Positions 19,883 through 29,472 of a stretch of DNA of 64,000 nucleotides are shown in pieces. The position numbers were made by a program, and so were the translations under genes. How positions within the stretch are numbered: position 1 is the first letter of the stretch; each line of letters opens with the position of its first letter. The notes below the pieces were generated by a model. The model saw only the letters and a program-made list of their open reading frames with translations. It was not told where the DNA came from and made no database searches. Where the stretch lies: positions 416,001 to 480,000 of the forward strand of contig CAVTMK010000004.1 in the NCBI GenBank assembly GCA_963735805.1. Direction: 5' to 3'. This DNA comes from an uncultured Verrucomicrobiae bacterium (GTDB taxonomy: Bacteria; Verrucomicrobiota; Verrucomicrobiia; Chthoniobacterales; UBA10450).

Positions 19883-21752
19883 GTGTTAGACTAAAATCCC
19901 GCAGCGGTTGCTGTGTTTGGTACAGTGCAATGTTTCCCTGTAGCTCGGCGACAAGGCCAGGGCTTCCCTGGCTGTTAGCCAAGTCCATTCCTTCCTGCGC
20001 AATCTCGATTGCTTTGGAGTAGTCACCAACTTCCGCATAAGCCGCTGCTAATGTGCGAAAGAGTATTGGGATTCGCCGGCCGGAAATGCGCAGTGCCTCG
20101 GAAGCAAGTTGAACCGCTTTATTGCCGTCGCGAAGAGAATCGTCGGGTGAGGTCGCGAACACCCATGCAAGATTGCTCATGGCGTTTCCATTGTCGGTTT
20201 GGATGGTCAATACCTTTTGCCATTCCTCAACGGCCTCTCTGGCGCGACCTTGCTGGATCAGAATTGTGCCCACAATGTTGTGGACTTCGATGTTGTCGGG
20301 CTGCAACTCAAGTAACTTGCGGTAGTGAATTAGGGCGTCCGAAACTTTACCTTTCTGGAGAAGAGCCTTGGCAAGATTCTCATGGGCAGGACTGTTGTCG
20401 GGTCGAAGATCAACGGCTGCTTGTAGCAGCGAGATGGCTTCGTCCAAGTTACCTTGTCGCAAATACACTATTCCGAGGTTGTTTTCGGCAACATCGTTGT
20501 TTGTGGTTACTGCAAGCGCGTGCTTGAACAACGTTTCGCTATCGCGCCAATACTCGGTTTGCACCCAGGCGCTCCAGCTCAAAACTACGATGGTCAGTAA
20601 TCCAGCCGCGCTCAGAGTTGTACGGCGACGTGGCCACAAGCTTGTGATATCGGCCACCGCCCATGTGACCGCCATGTATAGACCGATCTGGGGCAAATAA
20701 GTGTATCGGTCAGCGCGTCCCTGCCACCCGACTTGCACCACTCCGATCACCGGCACAAGCATTCCTAGGTACCACAACCAACCTGTGATCAGGTAGGGCC
20801 GTTGTTTTCGAAGAGTGATAGCTATGGAGGTAACGCAAATTAAAAGAAGGAGTGAGGAGATAATTTCCCAAAGCGGTAGCCGGTTTTCCGGATGCGGGTA
20901 GAACACTGCCAGGTTGACCGGCCAGAGCATTTGCCAGATGTAGAGCACATAACTGACTACCGCGTTGTTGATTCGTTCTAATATCGGCAACTCCTCGGTC
21001 CAGCCAACCGCGCCTTTCTGTGCGACTAACGTGGCAATACTCGAAACGGCCGAAAGGGCAATCAACGGGACTTTTTCTAACACGCGCATCCACACCTGGC
21101 CTTTGATTCTATTGAGCGGCCAGTAGTCGAGAAGCAAGAGAACAAACGGCGATGTTACCAGCATCGGTTTGGACATGAGTCCACAGGCAAGGACGGATGC
21201 AAGGACGAGATAACGCGTAATCCGTGGTGAACGTGCGTAATGCACGTAGGCAAGCAGTGTGAGCATGAAGAAGACTCCGCTCAGGACGTCCTTGCGCTCT
21301 GCTATCCAGGCAACCGATTCCACGCGTAACGGATGGATTGCGAACACCGCCGCTACGAAGGCGCTACGCCAAAATGCACCAGTCATTTGCTGGAGTGCGA
21401 TAAAAAGAAGGACCGCTGCGATGGTGTGCAGGAGAACATTGGTAAAGTGATGCCACCCCGCTTTTAGCCCATATAACTGGCAGTCGAGCATGTGCGAAAT
21501 GGTGGTCAACGGATGCCAGTTCATGGAATGAACATGAGTGAATGCCCAGGCAATGCCGCTGATGCTTAGCCCGCCTGTTATCTTCGTGTTTTCATAGACG
21601 TAGCGCGGATCATCATAGTTGACGAAGTCATGCCAAAGGGTTTGGCCAAAAACAAGCCAGGTCAGCGCGGCCAGCGCGATGCAGATGCCAATCACCTGGC
21701 AGCGACGATTGGGTCGTGATGGAGCTAATTGAGCGTTACTGATTTGCTGCAT
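19872..21752 (-). CDS. TMTC-like GT-C glycosyltransferase with TPRs (paralog 3)
   Basis: DFVNYDD, NWHPLTTISH, HPLRVESVAWIAERKDVL, ADRYTYLP; 11-nt overlap with paralog 2. Confidence 0.85.
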   Translation of the reverse strand: MQQISNAQLAPSRPNRRCQVIGICIALAALTWLVFGQTLWHDFVNYDDPRYVYENTKITGGLSISGIAWAFTHVHSMNWHPLTTISHMLDCQLYGLKAGWHHFTNVLLHTIAAVLLFIALQQMTGAFWRSAFVAAVFAIHPLRVESVAWIAERKDVLSGVFFMLTLLAYVHYARSPRITRYLVLASVLACGLMSKPMLVTSPFVLLLLDYWPLNRIKGQVWMRVLEKVPLIALSAVSSIATLVAQKGAVGWTEELPILERINNAVVSYVLYIWQMLWPVNLAVFYPHPENRLPLWEIISSLLLLICVTSIAITLRKQRPYLITGWLWYLGMLVPVIGVVQVGWQGRADRYTYLPQIGLYMAVTWAVADITSLWPRRRTTLSAAGLLTIVVLSWSAWVQTEYWRDSETLFKHALAVTTNNDVAENNLGIVYLRQGNLDEAISLLQAAVDLRPDNSPAHENLAKALLQKGKVSDALIHYRKLLELQPDNIEVHNIVGTILIQQGRAREAVEEWQKVLTIQTDNGNAMSNLAWVFATSPDDSLRDGNKAVQLASEALRISGRRIPILFRTLAAAYAEVGDYSKAIEIAQEGMDLANSQGSPGLVAELQGNIALYQTQQPLRDFSLTHAN

Positions 21753-21863
21753 CCCTCGATCCTGCGTAAATGACGAATCAAATCTGGAAAACGAAACTCG
21801 AAAGGGTGCGAATCTCGTCGCCCGGTCATTAGGTATCCCCCCCGGTCATTCGTTCGGAATTCG

Positions 21864-23483
21864 TCATTGATCGGATTTCCTCTCGTAGATCAAAACGTAT
21901 TTGCCGAGTTGTGGCACTGACTGGGGAACGTTACCAAAATAGTAATCTGTTCTGTCCGGTGCGACCATGTTCACGAAACCGGCAATAGTGTAGTTTTGCG
22001 CCGTATATTCATTAGCCCAGGTGAAAATCTTCCGCTCGGATTTCGGCCGTTGCAGCCAGGAGTCTGGCATTACCACAAAAATCAGAAATTTTGGGTGAGC
22101 ACGTTCTATCTCCCGAATCATTTCTTGTTGCATTTGGTTCGCATACTTTTGGGCTTCCATCAGGCCGTAAGTGTAAATGTAACCAGTTGCGGAATGCCGA
22201 TTAGAATAAAAATAGATCTGCGGCTCGGAGCCTAGCACAGCAATCGTGTCGCTTGGGCTTGTTCGGTCGCGCAGATATTCTCCAATTCTGATGGATTCTG
22301 CGAAAGGACTTTCCGGATAAATCATTCGGGAAGCGTCAGCCGGAGCGGCTTGGAAAAAGAACTTTTTGTCGGCAATAATCGGCAAGGCAAGAGCAGCTCC
22401 GAAAACCAGGAAGCAGAAGAATGGAGCCAGAATTCCTCGAGTTACGATGAGATCGGACAATCTGCTGATTGCAACACCCGCAAGTAGCGAAACAGCTGGC
22501 AGCACCAGGACAAAATAGTGCAAGCGAAAATAGAATCCGGGGCATAACGCTAATACAGAGAAGAAGAAAAAGCCGAGCAGAAAAATTGCGGCGCTACGCG
22601 TTCGTCGTTGCAATAAGCCAGCCACGGGGCCAATTCCAGCCAGGATCCAGATTGGCCACCCGCCCACAAGCACTTCTTTTGCGCTGTAAAAGAAAAATTG
22701 CGGCGCTTGGCTGAAAGGAACCAGGCTACCATATTGACGCGCGTAATCGATTGTCCAAAACCAGAACCGCTCGAACACGCCGGCTCTCCAGAGAAGCAGG
22801 CAAGTGACTGCTAATGGAAGAACGACGCCAACACTGAACGTCAGGCCTTGCACGAGAATATTTTTAGCGCGCACTCGGCGATGCAGATTGCTGTAGAGGA
22901 GATAAATCACTCCAAAAGCAGCGAAAAAAACTGCCGGTTGCTTCATCAACAGCCCGATCCCAAAAAGTAACCCGCTTGCGAATAGCTTTCCTAACCGTTG
23001 ACGATCCGATGAGCTGAACAGGAGCAAAGTTCCACCGAGAACGGGGAGCAACACAAAATGTGTGGCGTGTCCGGCGAACCCCAGCACCGATGGATTTACC
23101 GACAACACCGCATAGCTCATCGCAGCTGCAAGCCCTGCGATGGGATTCATCAGTCGCCGACCCAGGAAAAAGACCAGGACGACAGTGGCTGCATTTACCA
23201 CGAGCAGACCCAGATGGATTCCGACGGTGGTTTGTCCAAAGACCGACATGATCAAGGCGTAGGCGGCATAGGTGCCCGGGAACTTCATGTTGTAGGCGAG
23301 CTGGTACGGTGGAATGCCTTGCAATATGAGCTGGCCGGCATAAGCGTACTCGCCCTCATCGCGTTCGAGCGGAATTCCCAAGAGACGAATCCTGATTGCA
23401 ACGACGAGAGTGAAAACGATTGTCGCCAGAGCCCACCATGCAAACTGCACGAGGTTTCCGTTAAGGTCGGTCTTACGCACCAC
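21864..23483 (-). CDS. GT-C fold membrane glycosyltransferase (ArnT/PMT-2, GT39/83-like)
   Basis: PLERDEGEYAY, PPY..YNMKFPG, LMKQPA, about 11 TM. GTG 23483 preceded by AGGAG is chosen over the track's TTG 23597. Confidence 0.78.
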   Translation of the reverse strand: MVRKTDLNGNLVQFAWWALATIVFTLVVAIRIRLLGIPLERDEGEYAYAGQLILQGIPPYQLAYNMKFPGTYAAYALIMSVFGQTTVGIHLGLLVVNAATVVLVFFLGRRLMNPIAGLAAAMSYAVLSVNPSVLGFAGHATHFVLLPVLGGTLLLFSSSDRQRLGKLFASGLLFGIGLLMKQPAVFFAAFGVIYLLYSNLHRRVRAKNILVQGLTFSVGVVLPLAVTCLLLWRAGVFERFWFWTIDYARQYGSLVPFSQAPQFFFYSAKEVLVGGWPIWILAGIGPVAGLLQRRTRSAAIFLLGFFFFSVLALCPGFYFRLHYFVLVLPAVSLLAGVAISRLSDLIVTRGILAPFFCFLVFGAALALPIIADKKFFFQAAPADASRMIYPESPFAESIRIGEYLRDRTSPSDTIAVLGSEPQIYFYSNRHSATGYIYTYGLMEAQKYANQMQQEMIREIERAHPKFLIFVVMPDSWLQRPKSERKIFTWANEYTAQNYTIAGFVNMVAPDRTDYYFGNVPQSVPQLGKYVLIYERKSDQ

Positions 23484-23546
23484 GAAAGCTCCTATTTCGA
23501 TGAGAAACGCAAGGTTGCAACCGAAGGTGGCGCTCAAAATTTCGGG

Positions 23547-23597
23547 TGGAGCACCAAACAGAGGAGGCGCCCCCGAGTCGCCGCACTCCAACTCCAA
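23547..23597 (-). repeat. Degenerate GGAG-type REP-like remnant
   Basis: Minus strand TTGGAGTGCGGCGACTCGGGGGCGCC.. in a divergent intergenic space; imperfect palindrome. Confidence 0.35.
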
Positions 23598-23637
23598 AAG
23601 CTATCGCGAGTTGATTTCGATCGGCAGCGGCTAGCGT

Positions 23638-25704
23638 ATGCACCAAATCGCCAGGCGCATCTTTTCCCCGCGTGGTCGCGTGTTGATTTTCGCTGTCGTT
23701 CTGACGGCCGTTACGATTCTTGCGTACCGACCTGCGTGGCATGGGGGATTTCTGTGGGACGACGACGACTATATCATCAAAAACCAATTGTTAACTGCCC
23801 CGGACGGTTGGCAGCGGATTTGGTTTTCTCTCGATTCCCCCTCGCAGTATTTCCCATTCACTTACAGCACATTTCGGCTCGAGCACGCCTTATGGGGCTT
23901 GAACACGACTGGTTATCACTGGGTCAACCTTCTGCTTCATGTTGGCAATGCACTTCTGGTCTGGGCGGTGCTAGCGCGGTTAAAAGTACCCGGCTCATGG
24001 TTAGCTGCGGCAATTTTCGCGCTACATCCCGTGCAGGTCGAGTCGGTGGCATGGATCACCGAACGCAAGAACGTGCTGATGGGATTTTTCTTTTTGCTGA
24101 CGCTGCTTGCCTGGACGGTGTTTGTTGACGAACGAACCCGACGTCCATCGATCTTTTATTGCCTGGCATTGGTTTGCTATGTGCTGGCGCTCTCGGCGAA
24201 GGCAACCGCTTGCACCCTCCCGGCTGCATTGTTCCTGATCCTTTGGTTGGGGAAAAAGCCGATCACAGTGCGCCGTCTGATCCAAATTCTTCCTTTTGTC
24301 GTTCTGGCTACTGGCACGGGGTTACTCGCGGTTTGGTGGGAACGCTACCATCAGGGCACGAACCCCGGCCTATTCACCTTTCTGAGCCCGATCGAACGGA
24401 TTCTCGTCGCAAGCCACGCTGTTTGGTTTTACCTGAGCAAAATCTTTTGGCCATCGAATCTCACCTTTATTTATCCGAGATGGAACATCTCGCCGGCGAA
24501 TTTGATGGACTACATCTGGTTGGTCGCGGGCATTATGGCGTGCGTGGCCATTTATTTCATTAGGCCATATTTCGGACGCAGTGTCGAAGTCGCGGCCGCG
24601 TTTTTCGTTGCCACGCTTACACCCGTGCTGGGATTTATCATGCTGTTCACGTTTCGCTATACGTTCGTGGCAGACCATTATCAATATCTGGCGTGCATCG
24701 GACCAATTGCGCTTGCGAGCGCGGGCATAGTCAATTTGTCGGACAAATTTGCGCAGTACCGCGGAGTTATTGTAAGCGTCGCGTTGTTAGTCGTTGCAAG
24801 CTTGGGAACGTTGACGTGGCGGCAAGCCGCGACGTACACCGATATTGAAACACTTTGGCGCACTACACTTGCGAGAAACCCCGAATGCTGGATGGCTCAC
24901 ACGAATCTGGGTCTTGTTCTCATTCAGAAAGGCGAGATCGACGACGGCATCGCTCATTACCGGTCGGCTCTGCAAATGCAGCCCGACTCGTGGGACGCCG
25001 AGTACAATCTCGGTATGGCGCTGGTGAGAAAAGGTCAGGTGGACGAGGCTATCCGACATTGCGAACGGGCCGTACGCATGCGACCAACGGATCCGGATGC
25101 TCAGGTCTCGTTAGGCGACGCGCTGCTTCGAAAAGGCCGAATCGACGACGCAATCGATCATTACCATAAGGCAATGATGGTCCGCCCCGATCACTTTCTC
25201 TCCCTTTACGGACTTTGCCAAGCGTTACTGCAGAAAGGCGAACTCGACAGCGCCATCCAGGTTTGTCGGAGTGCACTGGTGCACTGGCCTTTGGATGCAG
25301 ATTGTCACACGGCGCTGGCCATCGCGCTCGAGGAAAAGGGCGAGCCCGCGGCGGCAATCCAACATTACGAAAAAGCGTTGGAGGTTGCACCCAAGTCGAT
25401 TTCGACGCTGACCAATCTAGCTTGGCTGCTGGCGACATCTCAAGACGCATCAGTCCGAAACGGTCCGAAGGCCGTTGAGCTTGCGGGACGAGCCGATCGA
25501 CTGGTCGGAGGCACGAATGCTCTTGTGTTGCGTACCCTGGCAGCGGCGTACGCAGAGAAAGGCGAGTTTGCGAACGCGATTAGAACTGCCCGCTCTGCGA
25601 TGCAACTCGCACGGATGCGCAGCGATGATTCTCTCGGGAGGGATCTCGATCAAGAAATCGCATTATATCAACTCGGGATGCCGTACCGCGAAACAGCGAA
25701 ATAG
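23638..25704 (+). CDS. TMTC-like GT-C glycosyltransferase with TPRs (paralog 4)
   Basis: GFLWDDDDY, HPVQVESVAWITERKN, ADHYQYLA, TPRs; most similar to paralog 1. Confidence 0.85.
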   Translation: MHQIARRIFSPRGRVLIFAVVLTAVTILAYRPAWHGGFLWDDDDYIIKNQLLTAPDGWQRIWFSLDSPSQYFPFTYSTFRLEHALWGLNTTGYHWVNLLLHVGNALLVWAVLARLKVPGSWLAAAIFALHPVQVESVAWITERKNVLMGFFFLLTLLAWTVFVDERTRRPSIFYCLALVCYVLALSAKATACTLPAALFLILWLGKKPITVRRLIQILPFVVLATGTGLLAVWWERYHQGTNPGLFTFLSPIERILVASHAVWFYLSKIFWPSNLTFIYPRWNISPANLMDYIWLVAGIMACVAIYFIRPYFGRSVEVAAAFFVATLTPVLGFIMLFTFRYTFVADHYQYLACIGPIALASAGIVNLSDKFAQYRGVIVSVALLVVASLGTLTWRQAATYTDIETLWRTTLARNPECWMAHTNLGLVLIQKGEIDDGIAHYRSALQMQPDSWDAEYNLGMALVRKGQVDEAIRHCERAVRMRPTDPDAQVSLGDALLRKGRIDDAIDHYHKAMMVRPDHFLSLYGLCQALLQKGELDSAIQVCRSALVHWPLDADCHTALAIALEEKGEPAAAIQHYEKALEVAPKSISTLTNLAWLLATSQDASVRNGPKAVELAGRADRLVGGTNALVLRTLAAAYAEKGEFANAIRTARSAMQLARMRSDDSLGRDLDQEIALYQLGMPYRETAK

Positions 25705-25734
25705 TGCCGAGCGCGGGCGAATCGTTTCCATCGG

Positions 25735-25766
25735 TTTAACGATCCAGCGATTTAACGATTTACGGC
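25735..25766. repeat. Octamer tandem repeat TTTAACGA between convergent genes
   Basis: tttaacga tccagcga tttaacga tttacggc. Confidence 0.55.
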
Positions 25767-25782
25767 CGCGAAGCCGACGCCG

Positions 25783-27054
25783 TCACAACTCGTCACGCAA
25801 GATTTTGAACAGATCTGTGCTATCGACGACACCTTGCAGCGCATCTGTTCCCGGACCGTTTCCAAACGCTACAACATCCTCAACAGTTACCAACGCGGAC
25901 TTGGTATATACCGCCGCCGGCTCCGGCTGTTCCGTCTGCAATTGTTTGCTCGGATTTTCATCTGGTGTACCCGGTATTTTGGCGGCTCCGTACGATTTAT
26001 CGCCATGCGGGCCGGTTGCCCAGGTAAACCAAGGCTGTCCGGCAGAATTAAAACCTAACAGGGCAATCCCGCTATCCTTGCGAAAAGGAAATCCGTTCAG
26101 GCTTAATCCGCCGATCGCCACATCGCCACAAACTATAATGGTCGATTTTTCTCCGCCGTAACTTCGGGCAACGCCCACGGCACGATCGAGTTCGACCATT
26201 TCGCCGAGAGTCCTTTCCGCATTGTTTTCCTGCGCTGCTTTCCTCATTAACCCCGCGTCTACCACCAGCAAATACCCGCCAACATTGTACTGGAGCAACT
26301 GGATTGCTCGTCGCACCATATCCGAGAGGCTCGGCTGCTGATTTCTCTCCTCTACCTGGTTCACGAACGCGAGATCTTCTTTACCAAAGACGCCAACCAG
26401 CTTCGGGCGGCGCCATGCAGGAACCGCGTCCAGCTCGGCTCGGGTTCGAACAATATCAAACCCGTTGCCACGGAGCTCGAGCAAGAGATCCCGACTGTCC
26501 TGTCTCTCTCCGCCTTTTGTTATCGGAAGAAATTGCGCCGCTCCGCCACCCATCGCGATGTCGATATTTCCCCGATCCACAAACTCAGCCGCGATCTTCT
26601 CGGCATCGCTCGAGTCGGCGGGATGAGCATAAAAAGCAGCGCTGGTACCATCAGTGAGCTTTGCGTCCGTTATAAGTCCCGTCGCCCGCCCGTATTCCCG
26701 GGCTAATTCAACGATATTCTTGATTGCTTTCCCGTCGTTGATTGCCAGGGCGCGATTTGCCACTCTCTTCCCAGTCGCAATTGCGGTTGCGGCGGCTGCC
26801 TGGTCTGGAGCGGCGAAATCCTTTGAATAATTCATCACCAAAGCGGCATGAGCCATTGAATCCAGGTTTAGGCGTGTGCCGGCTCCAGCAGCATAGGTGC
26901 GAGTAGGAGCAAGCCGCGCAGGGGAAAGCCCCTCTCCAACAAACAAAATAATTCCGAAAGGCTTCCGGATGACCCAGTGCTGAAAATAAAGAACGCCAAC
27001 GCCAGCAAAGGCAAGGAGACAAAAAAGCGCCAGCAACTGGTTACGCCACTTCAT
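25783..27054 (-). CDS. Alkaline phosphatase (PhoA) family protein, probably catalytically inactive
   Basis: PhoA scaffold motifs (ILFVGEG, AAAATAIATG.., GRATGLIT, IDIAMGGG, PSLSDMVRRAIQLL, EDVVAFGNGPG) with substituted active-site residues; N-terminal TM/signal anchor. Confidence 0.8.
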   Translation of the reverse strand: MKWRNQLLALFCLLAFAGVGVLYFQHWVIRKPFGIILFVGEGLSPARLAPTRTYAAGAGTRLNLDSMAHAALVMNYSKDFAAPDQAAAATAIATGKRVANRALAINDGKAIKNIVELAREYGRATGLITDAKLTDGTSAAFYAHPADSSDAEKIAAEFVDRGNIDIAMGGGAAQFLPITKGGERQDSRDLLLELRGNGFDIVRTRAELDAVPAWRRPKLVGVFGKEDLAFVNQVEERNQQPSLSDMVRRAIQLLQYNVGGYLLVVDAGLMRKAAQENNAERTLGEMVELDRAVGVARSYGGEKSTIIVCGDVAIGGLSLNGFPFRKDSGIALLGFNSAGQPWFTWATGPHGDKSYGAAKIPGTPDENPSKQLQTEQPEPAAVYTKSALVTVEDVVAFGNGPGTDALQGVVDSTDLFKILRDEL

Positions 27055-27064
27055 TATGTTCCCT

Positions 27065-27088
27065 GTAGCGGCGGTCTATGACCCCCGC
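27065..27088 (+). repeat. GTAG-type REP-like palindrome
   Basis: GTAGCGGCGGTC-TAT-GACCCCCGC: 9-bp stem with one mismatch. Confidence 0.65.
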
Positions 27089-27155
27089 AAATGCTGCGTG
27101 ACAACCGAAAGAACCGCTTGTCGATCTTGTCATTCATCGGCAAAGTGCGCGACGT

Positions 27156-28688
27156 ATGGCTGGTCCCGTGATGCTTATCATTCGCGACGGCTGGGGCATC
27201 AATCCAGGCGGAAGCGAGAAGCGCAAGGAAAATGGTGATGCAACCCTTCTGGCTTCGACTCCATTTCACGACAAGCTCTACCGGGATTATCCAGGTTCCA
27301 AATTGAGCGCGAGCGGAGGCGACGTTGGTCTGCCTGAAGGACAAATGGGCAACTCGGAAGTCGGCCACCTTAATTTGGGAGCTGGCAGGATTGTTTACCA
27401 GGATCTGACGCGAATTAACAAAGCGATCAAAGAGGGCGAACTAACGCGTAACCGGGTTTTGCAGGAGACCTTCGCCAGCGCGCGTGGTCACCGGCTTCAT
27501 CTGATGGGCTTGGTTTCAGACGGAGGTGTCCACAGTCATTATTCACACATGATCGCGCTTGCAAACGCGGCGCAGGACGCTGGCGTTTCAGAGATCTTCG
27601 TCCACGCGTTCACGGACGGGCGAGACACGTCACCAACCGGCGGCGCTGCTTATCTTGAAATTTGCGAGAAAGAACTCAGGAAAAGCGGAGGGCAAATCGT
27701 TACTGTTGTAGGCCGCTATTTTGCGATGGATCGCGATCACCGTTGGGACCGCACAAAAAAAGCCTGGGACGCAATTGTTCTTGGTCGCGGCCAATTCTGC
27801 AAATCCTCGCCCTCGGCGGCTGTTTCTCAGCAATACAAAGACGGCAAAACGGATGAGTTCATGCCCCCGCTGATTTTTTCTTATGCAAATGAGCAGCGGG
27901 TGCGCGATGCCGACGTGGTATTGTTCTTCAATTTCCGTGCGGATCGTGCGCGCCAATTATCGCAGGCGTTTTTGCTGAAAGATTTCGAGGGTTTCGATCG
28001 TGAGGTATGGCCACAAGTGCATTTTGTCACTCTCACACAATATGATGCGACGTACTCTTCACCGTTTATTTTTGCGCCACAAGAGCTCGCCCAGATCCTG
28101 GGCGAAATCGTGAGCGCTGCCGGCAAGCGGCAATTACGTATCGCGGAAACAGAAAAGTACGCGCACGTGACCTATTTTTTTAACGGCGGTATCGAGAAAC
28201 CCTTTCCGGGTGAAGACCGCAAACTGATCCCTTCACCAAAAGTTGCCACCTACGATCTGAAGCCGGAGATGAGCGCGTTCGAAGTTACTCGAGAAGTTAT
28301 CGCGCGGATGGCAAACTACGATCTAATCGTACTCAACTTTGCCAATCCCGACATGGTCGGCCACTCAGGCGTGGTGGAAGCGGGAATCGAAGCCGTAGAG
28401 ACCGTGGATAAATGCATGGAGCGAATCATTCCGAAACTCCTCGAACTTGACGGAAAAGCCATTCTGACCGCCGATCACGGTAATTGCGAACAGATGCGCA
28501 ACCCCGATGGCTCTCCGAACACTGCGCACACGAGCAATCTTGTGCATTTCATTTATGTGGCCAACGACGCTGCCAGGTTTCGGTGCGAAGACGGAATTTT
28601 GGCCGACGTAGCGCCGACTATTTTGTTTTTGCTTGGACTGCCGCAACCGAAGGTGATGACTGGGCACAATTTGCTTGTGCCGGCCTAG
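27156..28688 (+). CDS. gpmI: 2,3-bisphosphoglycerate-independent phosphoglycerate mutase
   Basis: VGLPEGQMGNSEVGH, SDGGVHSH, AETEKYAHVT, NFANPDMVGH, TADHGN. Confidence 0.97.
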   Translation: MAGPVMLIIRDGWGINPGGSEKRKENGDATLLASTPFHDKLYRDYPGSKLSASGGDVGLPEGQMGNSEVGHLNLGAGRIVYQDLTRINKAIKEGELTRNRVLQETFASARGHRLHLMGLVSDGGVHSHYSHMIALANAAQDAGVSEIFVHAFTDGRDTSPTGGAAYLEICEKELRKSGGQIVTVVGRYFAMDRDHRWDRTKKAWDAIVLGRGQFCKSSPSAAVSQQYKDGKTDEFMPPLIFSYANEQRVRDADVVLFFNFRADRARQLSQAFLLKDFEGFDREVWPQVHFVTLTQYDATYSSPFIFAPQELAQILGEIVSAAGKRQLRIAETEKYAHVTYFFNGGIEKPFPGEDRKLIPSPKVATYDLKPEMSAFEVTREVIARMANYDLIVLNFANPDMVGHSGVVEAGIEAVETVDKCMERIIPKLLELDGKAILTADHGNCEQMRNPDGSPNTAHTSNLVHFIYVANDAARFRCEDGILADVAPTILFLLGLPQPKVMTGHNLLVPA

Positions 28689-28717
28689 GCTAGTCTTCAA
28701 CGAAGGCGCCGGGTGAT

Positions 28718-28750
28718 CCGCCTGCACCCAAGGGCTACGACGGACAAGCC
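28718..28750 (-). repeat. GTAG-type REP-like element supplying the stop codon of the adjacent ORF
   Basis: Minus strand GGCTTGTCCGTC-GTAG-CCCTTGGGTGCAGGCGG; the TAG at 28735-28737 ends the ORF. Confidence 0.5.
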
Positions 28751-29472
28751 GATCCCCAGACCCACGCTCCGATGTCGTCGAATGTAATTTCCAATTTGTG
28801 ATTGATTGCTCGGGTGCCAGCCACGGCGATTCGTTGCAAAAGCCGGACCTGATCATCTACTCTTGTTTCGTGCCAGATTGGTTTTCGGGCGACTGTTACC
28901 GAACCGTCGGACTCCACAAGAGCGCCCCACCCTACGGGAATCTCTGAATCGCGGAATAACTTCTCGGGAAGAACCAGGAAACACAAATTCGCGCAGCGGT
29001 AGCGAAGCAATTTGTCGAACTTGGTGCAATCATAGAGGCGATTTTGCAGGGCGCGCAGCTCGCGTAGAAGCCGGACGTAACCGCGGTGGCCAATCGCGGT
29101 GAAATCAGGCAGATCGAATTCTGGAAACAGGGAATCGCCGTTACGCAAGGTCGGGTAATGCGTGCGCAGGTGGCTTTCGAGAAGCTGGCGGCGTTGAGAA
29201 ATCGCTTGGAGGCGCTGGCAGGCAGCTTCACTCTGGCAATTGTCTCGCCGCAAATCGCAGAGCGCCTGTTTGCACTCAAAAATCGCGGTAGATACAACCT
29301 TCTTGGGCGCTAATCGGTATGCAGCAACATCGGCGCGATACCGGCATTTCGGCAGACTTACTTCCATAGCACACGCGGAGTACCCCTGAGTCTGCGCCCA
29401 AAAAAACGCCAGCCGCTTCAGTCGAGCGTGCCTCTCGGTTTCGCCGCGGGCCTGTTTTACTCCCGCAGCCAT
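28735..29472 (-). CDS. Putative PD-(D/E)xK nuclease-fold protein (MmcB-like)
   Basis: EV..RYRADVAAY..IFECKQ..DLRRD, later YRCANLCFLV and PVGWGALV; overlaps the hemB 3' end. Confidence 0.6.
   Translation of the reverse strand: MAAGVKQARGETERHARLKRLAFFWAQTQGYSACAMEVSLPKCRYRADVAAYRLAPKKVVSTAIFECKQALCDLRRDNCQSEAACQRLQAISQRRQLLESHLRTHYPTLRNGDSLFPEFDLPDFTAIGHRGYVRLLRELRALQNRLYDCTKFDKLLRYRCANLCFLVLPEKLFRDSEIPVGWGALVESDGSVTVARKPIWHETRVDDQVRLLQRIAVAGTRAINHKLEITFDDIGAWVWGSACPS

Noticed and set aside
23058..24128. 356-aa + strand ORF
   Set aside because: Overlaps the GT39-like gene antisense and TMTC paralog 4 out of frame; no recognisable motifs; shadow ORF.
25475..26161. 228-aa + strand ORF
   Set aside because: Spans the TMTC paralog 4 end out of frame and the phosphatase-like gene antisense; no protein-like features.
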